From: an uncultured Gammaproteobacteria bacterium
Lineage (GTDB): Bacteria; Pseudomonadota; Gammaproteobacteria; CAWCPV01
Length of the DNA stretch: 64,000 nt
Assembly: GCA_963797555.1 (NCBI GenBank)
Contig: CAWCPV010000007.1
Span: forward strand, 160,001-224,000
Direction of reading: 5' to 3'
The notes under the pieces were generated by a model, which was not told where the DNA came from, ran no database searches, and saw nothing but the letters and a program-made list of their open reading frames with translations. Positions 55,302-64,000 of this stretch are shown here, one piece after another. The number at the start of each line of letters is the position of its first letter. The stretch's first letter is position 1. The position numbers and the translations under genes were made by a program.

Positions 55302-55571
55302 GTGGATCTGGACTATGACCTCTCCAAGAATGCGATAAACCTGCGCAAGCATGGCGTTGACCTAGAAGACGCCAAGCTCGTGCTCTTCGACCCGATGGCA
55401 GTGGTCTGCGAGGAGGCGGATGCCCGGGGAGAGCAGCGCTTTGTCGCGGTGGGCGCAGACACGTGGGGTCGCGTTCTGACGGTCGTTTACATCTATCGCG
55501 AGCCGGACACCATTCGGCTGATCTCGGCTCGGGTGGCTACGAAAAAGGAGCGACAAGCATATGAAGCGTGA
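55302..55571 (+). CDS. BrnT family toxin
   Basis: KNAINLRKHGVD...EQRF..VG...VVY...IRLISAR.ATKKER..YE. Confidence 0.88.
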   Translation: MDLDYDLSKNAINLRKHGVDLEDAKLVLFDPMAVVCEEADARGEQRFVAVGADTWGRVLTVVYIYREPDTIRLISARVATKKERQAYEA

Positions 55572-55821
55572 GTACGACATGACTGGCGCGCGCCGTGCGA
55601 CCGAAGTCGAACACCTGATCCGCCTAAGGGCTGGCAAGACTCGGATTACCATCATGGTGGACGAAGACGTCCTGCAGAGCTTTCGTCAAAGGGCGAAGGA
55701 GCAGGGCGTCGGCTACCAGACCTTAATCAACCTGGCACTGCGCGAGCACCTTGGCCGGCGACCCGTGGATGAGCAGACATTGCGCCGCATCCTCCGGGAG
55801 GAATTGCACCCGACCGCGTAG
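55561..55821 (+). CDS. BrnA family antitoxin
   Basis: MKREYD...KTRITIMVDEDVL..F...GYQTLINLALRE. Confidence 0.88.
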   Translation: MKREYDMTGARRATEVEHLIRLRAGKTRITIMVDEDVLQSFRQRAKEQGVGYQTLINLALREHLGRRPVDEQTLRRILREELHPTA

Positions 55822-55932
55822 GTCGGGTTGCTACAGATCGGCTTTCGCAGATCGACGCTGGTCGACCTTCCACGGAGGCGGGGTAGGCCGCGCTTGACAG
55901 GCGCCGGCTGCTGTGACGAAAATTCCCGCGTA

Positions 55933-55984
55933 CCATCGGTGATGGGGTCCACCTAAACCGCCCGCAGGGCTGATGACTCCTACT
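55933..55984 (+). promoter_or_regulatory. Fluoride (crcB-class) riboswitch
   Basis: GGTGATGGGGTCCACCTAAACCGCCCGCAGGGCTGATGACTCCTAC fits the consensus: P1 GGTG/CACC, hairpin GCCC-GCA-GGGC, pseudoknot GGGGTC/GACTCC, terminal CTAC. Confidence 0.88.
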
Positions 55985-56123
55985 GGATTCTGAGTTTCTC
56001 AGAGATTCAGAGGAGTCGACCCATGGCCCAGATCCCCGTTGTGCGCTCGCGGCTGCCCGACGCCGGCCGCGGCGAAATTCCGAGCTGCACCGTTTCCTCG
56101 ACCTGCTCGCGCGAGCGCTGCCC

Positions 56124-57071
56124 GTGAGCCTGCGGGACATTGCCCTGCAACTCGGGCAAGTGCTGACGGTGCTCGCGTTCTCCCCGCTGCTGCAGGGCTT
56201 CATCCTGCGTTACGAGGAGCGGGTGCAGCGCGCCCGCGGACCGAGCCTGGTCCAGCCCTACCGCGACCTGTGGAAGCTGTTCCACAAGGAGCTGGTGGTG
56301 CCGGAGGGCGCCTCCTTCATTCATTTCGCGGCACCGGTGGTGGCTTTCACCGCCATGCTCGTCGTGCCGCTGCTCATCCCGGTGCTCACCAACTACGCGC
56401 TGCCGCTCTCCGACATGGGCGACATCCTGGGCGGCGGCCTCATCCTCACGCTCGGCGCCTTCTTCGTCACCCTGGCCGGCCTCGACTCGGGAAGCGCGTA
56501 CGGCGGTGTGGGGTCGAGCCGCAGCGTGATGGTGACGATCCTGGCCGAGCCCACGCTGATCCTGGTGCTGGTCGGCATCACGCTGCTCGCCAAAGCCATG
56601 CTGCCGTTCGTGGTCAATCACCTGCTGGTGGCCGATGCCGCCGTGTACTGGAGCCCGGCGCACGTGTTCCTGGCGTGCGCGTTCTTCATCCTGCTGCTGG
56701 CGGAGACGGACCGGCTACCTATCCATTCCAGCACCCACATCGAGGTCTACATGATCGAGGAGGCGCGCATCCTCGAGTACTCGGGGCCGCTGCTGGCGCT
56801 GCTCAAGTGGGCCTCGATGATGAAGCAGTTGATTCTGTACACCATCTTCTGCAACGTGCTGCTGCTGCCCTGGGGGCTATCGGTGAAGGGCACCGCTCTC
56901 GGGGCGGTGGGCGCTGCTGCTGCGCTGCTCGGCAAGGTCGCGCTGGTGGCCTGTGGGGTGATCGTGGTGGAAACGGCACAGTCGCGGCTGCGCTTCTACC
57001 GTTACCAGGAGCCGCTCGCCGCCTCGTTTCTGCTGGCGGCCCTGGCGGTCGTCGCCAACCAACTGCGCTGA
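56124..57071 (+). CDS. HyfC/HycD/NuoH-like membrane subunit
   Basis: RVQRARGP...QPYRDLWKLFHKE, GSSR, AEP, LEYSG. Confidence 0.88.
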   Translation: MSLRDIALQLGQVLTVLAFSPLLQGFILRYEERVQRARGPSLVQPYRDLWKLFHKELVVPEGASFIHFAAPVVAFTAMLVVPLLIPVLTNYALPLSDMGDILGGGLILTLGAFFVTLAGLDSGSAYGGVGSSRSVMVTILAEPTLILVLVGITLLAKAMLPFVVNHLLVADAAVYWSPAHVFLACAFFILLLAETDRLPIHSSTHIEVYMIEEARILEYSGPLLALLKWASMMKQLILYTIFCNVLLLPWGLSVKGTALGAVGAAAALLGKVALVACGVIVVETAQSRLRFYRYQEPLAASFLLAALAVVANQLR

Positions 57072-57075
57072 CGCC

Positions 57076-57756
57076 ATGCCCATCCCGCAGTTCACTCCGC
57101 TCGCCGGCTCGATCTTCAGCCTGCTGGCCATCGGCAGCCTGCTGCTCGCCTTCGTGATGCTGGGCTCGCGCTGGTTGCGCGACTATCTGTTCGCTTTCGG
57201 GCTGCAGTCCTGGCTGATCGCGCTGCTCTCGGCCACGGTCGCCTACCACGCACACTTTCCTGAGCTGTATCTAATTGCGGTGTTCACGGCCCTGTTCCGC
57301 GGCCTGCTGTTGCCTTATCTCATCCTGCGCATCCTGCGCCGAGTCCAGGCCCACCGAGAATTGCACGTCATCCTGCAAGCCTCCACCAGCCTGGTGGTCG
57401 GGGCGCTGGCGGTCGTCTTCGCCCTGGCCGTCTCCCACCGGATCTCCGCGGCCCTCGGGCTGACCGGGAACATAGCGGTGCTCGCGCTCACCGTGACATT
57501 CGCGATGGAGCTCATCGGCTTTCTCATGCTCGCGGTGCGCCACGAGGCGGTCAGTCACGTCCTGGGGCTGCTGGTCCTCGAGAACGGCATCTTCCTGGGC
57601 TCCCAGGTGCTGATCCCCGGCATGCCGCTGCTCATCGAGCTGGTGATCCTGTTCGACTTGCTGGTGGCCGTGGCTTGTTTCGGTATCTTGGCTCGCTACC
57701 TGGTGGAGCGGGCCGGCACCACCAGCAGCCTGCAGCTTCGGAGGCTGGTGGGATGA
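57076..57756 (+). CDS. HyfE-like membrane subunit
   Basis: Hydrophobic; GLLVLENGI, MPLLIEL..LFD. Confidence 0.85.
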   Translation: MPIPQFTPLAGSIFSLLAIGSLLLAFVMLGSRWLRDYLFAFGLQSWLIALLSATVAYHAHFPELYLIAVFTALFRGLLLPYLILRILRRVQAHRELHVILQASTSLVVGALAVVFALAVSHRISAALGLTGNIAVLALTVTFAMELIGFLMLAVRHEAVSHVLGLLVLENGIFLGSQVLIPGMPLLIELVILFDLLVAVACFGILARYLVERAGTTSSLQLRRLVG

Positions 57757-59216
57757 CCGGCGTGTGGCTCGCCGCCGTGGTCCTGCTGGCGCCGCTCGCC
57801 GCCGTGGTGCTGTGCGCCGCCGTTCGACGGGCGCAGGCCGCGGAGCGCGTCAATCTGGCCGCATCCGGGGTGACCCTGGCGGCGGCGCTGCCCCTGCCGT
57901 TCGTCGCCGCCGGTCACAGCACCGTGGCGCTGGACGGTTATCTGCTGGTGGACGCCCTGGGGGCCTGGGTGGTGCTGTGCGCGGCGCTGGTCTACCTGCT
58001 CGCCTCGATCTATGCGGTGGGTTACATGCGCCTGCTGGGCGAGCCACGGCGCCTGCCGCGCTTCTATGCGCTGTTCGCCGGGTTCGCCTTCACGACGCTG
58101 GCCGCGCCGCTGATGAACAATGCCGGCGTGTACTGGATCGCCGTGGAGCTGACCACCCTGGTCAGCACCTTCCTGGTCGGTTTCGAGCGCGCGCCGGAAA
58201 GCATCGAGGCGGCCTGGAAGTACATCATCGTGGTGTCTGCGGGGATCAGCATGGCTTTGCTCGGCACCATGCTGTTCTACTGGGCCGGCACGGCCGCGCT
58301 GGGACCCACCTACGACATGACGTGGCAGGCGCTGGCCGCCGCGGCGCCGGCCATGAATACGAAGCTCGTGACGCTCGCCTTCCTGCTGGCCCTGGTCGGC
58401 TACGGGACCAAGGCGGGGCTCGCGCCCATGCACACCTGGCTGCCCGACGCGCACAGCGAGGGTCCGGCGCCGGTCTCGGCGCTGCTCTCGGGCGCGCTGC
58501 TGAATACCGCACTGGTGGGCATCGTGCGGCTGCTGGCGGTCGTCGAGCAGGCGGGAGCCGGGGAGCTGCCACGCATCGCGCTCATGGTGCTGGGGGCGGC
58601 CTCGCTCGCGGTCGGCACGCTGTTCATCGTGCGCCAGAACGGGGTCAAGCGTCTGATGGCCTATTCCAGCGTGGAGCACATGGGGATCACGGCGCTCGGC
58701 TTCGCCTTCGGCGGCGCGCTGGGGGTGGCGGGCGCGCTCTACCACATGCTGAACCATGCGCTCAACAAGTCGCTCATGTTCTTCGGCGCGGGTGTCGCGA
58801 TGCGGGCATACGGCACCAAGGAAATGACCGGCATCCGCCGGTTCGGTGTGCGTTTCCCGCTGACCGGGGCGCTGTGGCTCGCGGGCGCACTGGCCATCAC
58901 CGGGGCGCCGCCCTTCGGCCTGTTCCTGTCCGAGCTGACCGTGCTGCGCGCAGGGCTTGCGCCGGGCACCACCTGGGCCGCGGTGGTCATGCTGGTGCTG
59001 CTAGTGGTGGTGTTCGCGGGCTTCCTCAACCACTTCCGGGTGATGTACTACACCGAGGCGGATGCCGAGCCGCAGGCCCCGGGCGTGGCGGGCCCCTGGT
59101 GCGTGACGCCGATGGCGCTCGCTCTGGCGCCCCTGCTGCTGCTGGGGCTGTGGTGGCCGGTGGGCTTCACCCGGCTGTTCGGGCAGGTCTCGGCAGGTCT
59201 GGGAGCTGGGCCGTGA
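57753..59216 (+). CDS. HyfF-like antiporter-type (NuoM/MrpD-like) subunit
   Basis: IEAAWKY, GYGTKAGLAPMHTWLPDAHSEGP, KRLMAYSSVEH. Confidence 0.88.
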   Translation: MTGVWLAAVVLLAPLAAVVLCAAVRRAQAAERVNLAASGVTLAAALPLPFVAAGHSTVALDGYLLVDALGAWVVLCAALVYLLASIYAVGYMRLLGEPRRLPRFYALFAGFAFTTLAAPLMNNAGVYWIAVELTTLVSTFLVGFERAPESIEAAWKYIIVVSAGISMALLGTMLFYWAGTAALGPTYDMTWQALAAAAPAMNTKLVTLAFLLALVGYGTKAGLAPMHTWLPDAHSEGPAPVSALLSGALLNTALVGIVRLLAVVEQAGAGELPRIALMVLGAASLAVGTLFIVRQNGVKRLMAYSSVEHMGITALGFAFGGALGVAGALYHMLNHALNKSLMFFGAGVAMRAYGTKEMTGIRRFGVRFPLTGALWLAGALAITGAPPFGLFLSELTVLRAGLAPGTTWAAVVMLVLLVVVFAGFLNHFRVMYYTEADAEPQAPGVAGPWCVTPMALALAPLLLLGLWWPVGFTRLFGQVSAGLGAGP

Positions 59217-60699
59217 CCCCGGCAGCCGAAAGGCGCCTCGCCCCCGACGAGCTGGAGGCGGCATGCCGCGATCTGCTCGCCGATGGCGGCCGGATGCAGA
59301 TGGCCTGGGGCTGGTTCCCCGAACCCGAGGCGGCCGAGCTGTGCTACCTGGCGGCGCGCCGGCCGCGCGAGCCTTTCGAGCTGTGGCGCTCGCGGCCGCA
59401 GCACGGGCTCGTGCCCAGCCTGGCGCACACCGCGCCGCTGCTCGGCTGGTACGAGCGCGAGATCACCGACCTCTGCGGGGTCCGCTTCGAGAACCATCCG
59501 GAGCCCCGCCCCCTGGTGCTGCACGAGGGCGCCGCGCCGGTCTGTCCGCCGCTGGACCCCCGCTGCCCGGCGGCTGTGCCGATGCCCTACACGCCCACAG
59601 CCCCCGCGCTGCTGGAGGTGCAGGGCCCCGACGTGCAGGTGCTGCCCTTCGGTCCGGTGCGGGCCGACGTGGTGGAGTCGGCCCAGTTCCTGTTCTGCTA
59701 CATCGGCGAGCAGATCCTGCACTACCGGCCGCGGCTGTTCTTCAAGCACCGCGGCCTGGAGAAGCTTTTCGAGGGCCGCGACCCGCACGCGGCGGTGGTG
59801 CTCGCGGAGCGCGTCTCCGGGGTGGGCAGCGTCGCCCATGCGCTCGGCTACTGCCAGGCCGTCGAGGCCGCCGCCGGCGCCGAGGTTCCGCGGCGCGCGC
59901 GGCTCCTCCGGGTGCTGCTGGCCGAACTGGAGCGGCTGTACAACCACTTGCACTACCTCGGGCACCTGGCCGACACCACCACGCTCAAGGTGGGGCAGGC
60001 CGAGGGCAAGCTGCTCGAGGAGCGGCTCAAGCAAATCAACGGCCGGCTCACCGGGAGCCGGTTCCTGCGCGGCCTGCTCGCTCCGGGCGGTCTGCGCCGC
60101 GACCTCGCGCCGGGCCATGATCTCGCCGGGATCTGGGCGCGGTGCGCCGCGAGGCGGCCGCGTATGCCGCAGAGCTGGAGCGCACCGCGAGCTACCGCGA
60201 CCGTCTGCACGACACCGGCGTGCTGGATGCGCGCACCGCCTTCGACCAGGGCGCCACGGGGCCGGTGGAGCGGGCATCCGGCCTCGACCGCGATCTGCGC
60301 CGCGACCACCCTTACGCGGCTTACGAGGAGATGGACCTGCGGGTGCCGGTGGAGAGCGCGGGCGACGCCCATGCCCGCGCCCGGGTGCGGGTGCGGGAGA
60401 TCGAGGCGGGCTTCGAGGCTATCCTCCGGCTGCTGCCGCGCCTGCCCGACGGCCCGGTGCGGGTCCCAGTGACGGTGCCGGGCGGCGCCGAGGGACTGGG
60501 CTGGGCCGAATCGCCTCGGGGCTCTCTCTACTACGCGGTGCACGCCGGAGCCGACGGACGGCTCGCGCGGGTGAAGATCAAGTCGCCGTCCTTCTCGAAC
60601 TGGCGAGCGTTCCCCTACACCGTGCACGACACCAACATGATGGACTACGCCATCAACGAAGCGAGCTTCGGGCTGACCGTCGCCGGGTGCGACCGGTGA
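59213..60699 (+). CDS. HyfG/NuoCD-like large subunit without NiFe-ligating Cys (Ehr-type); frameshift near 60140
   Basis: WYEREITDL, HRGLEK, AERVSGVGSVAH, ESPRG, C-terminus SFGLTVAGCDR. Confidence 0.85.
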
Positions 60700-60708
60700 G
60701 GCGCTGAC

Positions 60709-61512
60709 ATGTCCAAGTGGACCTGGTTCGGGCTGTCGAGGGGAACCGCCACCACCGCCTGGCCGGCGCGGGACGGCGAAGACGGCCAGATCGGCGTGCT
60801 CGGCATGCCGCGCTTCGATCCGCAGCGCTGCGAGGCAGAATGCCGCGCCTGTGTCGAGGTCTGTCCCACCGGGGCGCTGGCTTTCCCGCCGAACGGCGCG
60901 ACGGTCCCGATCGAGGTGGATTACGGCCGCTGCGTGGTCTGCCAGCTCTGCACCGAGCACTGCCCGAGCGGTGCGCTCGCGCCCTCCGGAGATTGGGCCT
61001 TCGCGGTGCGCGAGCGCGCCGATCTGCGCTGGCGGGAGGCCCTCGACGCGCCGTCCGGGCGGCGCCTCGGCAGCCGCATCGCTGCGCTCCGACGCAGCCT
61101 GCACGTGCGCCACGTGGACGCGGGCTCCTGCAACGGCTGCGAGTCGGAGTTGCAGGCGCTCAACAACCCTTTCTACAACCTGCACCGCCTGGGGGTGTTC
61201 TTTACCGCCTCGCCGCGTTTCGCCGATCTGCTGCTGGTGACCGGTCCCGTGACCTACGCCATGCGCGGACCGCTGGCGGCCGCCTACGAGGCCATGCCGG
61301 AGCCGCGGTTGGTGATGGCCATGGGGACCTGCGCGGTTTCCGGCGGGGTCGCCGGCGGCGGCTACAGCACGGGTACCGGGCTCGACGGGGTGCTGCCCGT
61401 GGACCTGTGGCTTCCGGGCTGCCCGCCCAACCCGGCGGCGGTAATCGAGGGGCTGCTGGTGCTGCTGGAGCGCCGCCCCCAGCGCGTGCGAGGAGGTCGC
61501 CTTGAGCCCTGA
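60709..61512 (+). CDS. Fused 2x[4Fe-4S] ferredoxin / NuoB-like small subunit (HyfH-HyfI-like)
   Basis: CRACVEVCP, CVVCQLCTEHCP, GSCNGC, GTCA, PGCPP. Confidence 0.88.
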   Translation: MSKWTWFGLSRGTATTAWPARDGEDGQIGVLGMPRFDPQRCEAECRACVEVCPTGALAFPPNGATVPIEVDYGRCVVCQLCTEHCPSGALAPSGDWAFAVRERADLRWREALDAPSGRRLGSRIAALRRSLHVRHVDAGSCNGCESELQALNNPFYNLHRLGVFFTASPRFADLLLVTGPVTYAMRGPLAAAYEAMPEPRLVMAMGTCAVSGGVAGGGYSTGTGLDGVLPVDLWLPGCPPNPAAVIEGLLVLLERRPQRVRGGRLEP

Positions 61513-63462
61513 GCCGGTTGGAGTGGCGGTGCTCGCCTGGTGCCTCGCCGGTGTGCTCGCCGCCGCCGGGCGAGGCCTGCGGCTCGCGCGGGCGCTGCTC
61601 GCGCTGGGGGCGCTGGCCGTCATCGCGGGCGCGCTGGTCACGCTCCCCGGGGAGGTGCCGGTCCTCGGATTGGGCGTCACCCTCACCGCACCCGTGACCT
61701 TCCGTCTCTCCCCCGAGGCCCTGTGGCTCGCCGGCTTTGGCCTGGCGCCTGCCGCCCTGGCGGTGGCCTTGGGCTCGCCCGCCGGGCGCGGCGGCTGGAT
61801 CGCAGGGGCGGCGCTCACCCTGCTCGGCAGCCTCGGGGTGTTCGGCCTGCAGGAGGGGGCGGCCTTTCTCATCGCCTGGGAGCTCATGAGTCTGGGCGGG
61901 GCGCTGATGATCCTGTCCGAGCGGAGCAGCAGGGGCGGCTCACCGGTGCTGTTCATGCTCGCCCTGCTGGAGCTCGGGGCCGTCGCGCTGGTGGCGGCCA
62001 TCCTGCTGCTGGGCGCTCGGAAGGGCCTCGACTTCGCCGGCTTCACGGCCGCCGGCGCCGCCCTGGGACCGGGGATGCACTACCTCGTCGGCATGCTCCT
62101 CATCGTCGGATTCGGCGCCAAGCTCGGGCTGCTTCCCTTCTACGAGTGGTTCCCGGGCGCCTACGGGGCGGGGAGCGGCGCCACCGGGGCGGTGCTCTCG
62201 GGGGTGGTGCTGAACGCCGCCTACTTCGCGCTCGCCCGCGGCCTGACGCAGTGGCTGCCCGGGGACGGCGGCGCCGGGTTCGACCTGGCGCTCACCCTGC
62301 TTGCGTTGGCCGTGCTCACCGCCGTGTTCGCCATCCTGTACGCCTTCCAGGAGGAAGACTGGCGCGAGCTGCTCAGCCTCTCCACCGCCGAGAATGCCGG
62401 CATCGCCGCCGCGGCGTTGGCGGCGGCACTGCTGTTCCGCCACGCCGGGCTGAACAATCTGGCCGGGCTCGGGTGGCTGGTGGCCCTGCTCCATCTCGCC
62501 GGCCACGCGCTCGCCAAGGGGGCCTTGTTCCTGACCGCCGACGGCGCACGCGCGGTCACCGGGACCTATCGGCTCGTTCCGCAGGGCCTGCTGCGCCGAA
62601 GCGGCTGGCCGCTCGGGGTCGGCGCGCTGTTCGCGGTCATGAGCTTGGCCGCCATGCCGCCGCAGGCCGGTTTCGTCAGCGAGTGGTACGTGTTCCAGAC
62701 CGTTTTCCAGGGCTTCAACCTGCCGGGGCTGGCGGGGCCGCTGGCGCTGGCCATCGCCGGGGCCGGCCTGGCCCTCACCGCGGCCGTGGCGCTCGCCACC
62801 TTCGTCAAGTTGTTCGGCATCGGACTGCTCGGCGACGGAGCTCATCGGGGTCCGGGCATCCCCGCGCGTTACGGCGCCGCGGTGGGGCTGTTGGGTCTTG
62901 CCGTGCTCGCGACCGCGGTGGGCATGCCCTGGTGGCTCACGGCCCTCGACCCGGCCGTGCAGGGACTGCTGCCCGGGGCCAGCGCGGCTGCGTTGCGGGA
63001 AGGCTGGCTGCTGGTGCCGCTCACCAGCCACTTCGCCTTCATCTCGCCCACCCTCCTGGTCATCGCCGGACCGCTGCTGGCTCTGCTGCCCCTCTCGCTG
63101 TGGCGGCTCTCCCGCGGCGAGTGGCGCCGCACGCCTGCCTGGTACGGCGGCCTGCCGCGGCTGTCCGAGCGCGTCGCCACCACGCCGCTCGCCTTCTCCA
63201 ACGCCATGCGCACCTTCTACAGCATGGTCTACCGGCCGACCCTGGACGTGCACCACGAGCACGTGGGTACGGCCTACTTCTTGAGACGGCTGCGCTTCGA
63301 CCACCAGGTAGCTCCGATCTTCGGACCGCTGCTGTTCGGCCCGGCGGTGCGCCTGACTTATCGCCTGGCGGCCCACCTGCAGGCGCTGCAGTCCGGAAAC
63401 CTGAACTTCTACCTGGCCCTGATCGGGCGCTGGTGCTGATTCTGCTGGTGCCGTTGCTGTAA
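61502..63462 (+). CDS. HyfB/HycC-like antiporter-type subunit (terminal frameshift near 63430)
   Basis: FLIAWELMSL, GFGAKLGLLPF, HALAKGALFL, GFVSEW, LQSGNLNFYL. Confidence 0.85.
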
Positions 63463-63540
63463 TGTCGCCGGCCGTGGCGTTCGGTTGCCCTAGGCATCGG
63501 TTGGAGGCTTTGAGTAGCGAAGGCTTCGAGGCAGCGTGAC

Positions 63541-63861
63541 ATGGACAAGGACATGACTCTGGTGCGGATCTACCTGCGCGAGGCGGACCCCGGACACCGC
63601 AAGGCCTTGCTCGAGGAGATCCTGTCCGTGCTGCACGACGAGCACCGAGTCCATGGGGTAACGGTGTTCCGGGGCATCGCGGGCTTCGGCGATCACGGCG
63701 ACATCCACACGGCCGACTTGCTGCACCTCAGCGTCCATCTGCCGCTGGTGGTGGAGTTCTTCGACGAGCCGGACGTTGTCGCGGCCGCCATCGAGGCGCT
63801 GGGCGACCTGGTGCCGCCCGACCACCTGACGCAGTGGACCGTGCGCTGCCGCTGCGGATGA
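63541..63861 (+). CDS. DUF190 PII-like protein
   Basis: VRIYLRE...GVTVFRGIAGFG...IHTADLLHLSVHLPLVVEFFD. Confidence 0.85.
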   Translation: MDKDMTLVRIYLREADPGHRKALLEEILSVLHDEHRVHGVTVFRGIAGFGDHGDIHTADLLHLSVHLPLVVEFFDEPDVVAAAIEALGDLVPPDHLTQWTVRCRCG

Positions 63862-64000
63862 TCTCGGGCGGGCGTCGCCCCGAGCATTGCGGGTGCGGCC
63901 GCCTTTCGTGCGTGGTGAAGAGGCTTGTAGAATCGGAGGCGGAAAGTGACGAAGACCGGAGGAGAAACCGCACGCACCGGACGCGGCTCCCCGGAGCCCT

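Noticed and set aside
57764-60472. 902-aa ORF as a single fusion protein
   Set aside because: Its first half is an alternative frame of the hyfF-like gene; only the part from GTG 59213 encodes the large subunit
59213-60699. Active NiFe hydrogenase or formate hydrogenlyase
   Set aside because: Both Ni-binding CxxC motifs are absent, and no hyp or fdh genes are in the window
187-63462. Many single-base frameshifts as real pseudogenes or programmed frameshifting
   Set aside because: They occur evenly in housekeeping, IS and operon genes with otherwise intact motifs, which fits sequencing or assembly indels; raw reads are needed to decide

Overview
High-GC bacterial window. Many genes carry single-base frameshifts, most likely long-read or assembly indels. 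1-11.5 kb is housekeeping and envelope: GT9 and GT4 glycosyltransferases, msbA, NamZ-like, a CHASE2 cyclase/SH3/M48 trio and a PEPCK-like P-loop protein. 12-56 kb is an accessory, defence-like island. It holds a tandem dynamin-like pair with near-identical GTPase DNA, four toxin-antitoxin pairs, a RES-domain gene split by IS1380 and a sacsin-like GHKL ATPase/DUF3883 gene. It also holds two inverted IS66 copies carrying a DUF4338 passenger, whose swapped 8-bp target duplications show that the 14.6 kb between them was inverted. That segment carries oxidoreductases, an aquaporin and a bufferin-type RiPP cluster. Further along are IS200 and group II intron remnants, REP/RAYT elements, an intact IS4, and a HEPN-like/STAND ATPase/TPR gene with an orphan TPR copy. 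56-64 kb has a fluoride (crcB-class) riboswitch with a visible anti-SD platform, ahead of an Ehr-type (NiFe-motif-less, hydrogenase-4-like) membrane complex operon ending in DUF190. No CRISPR array, tRNA or rRNA was seen. All family calls come from motif recognition by eye, not database searches.
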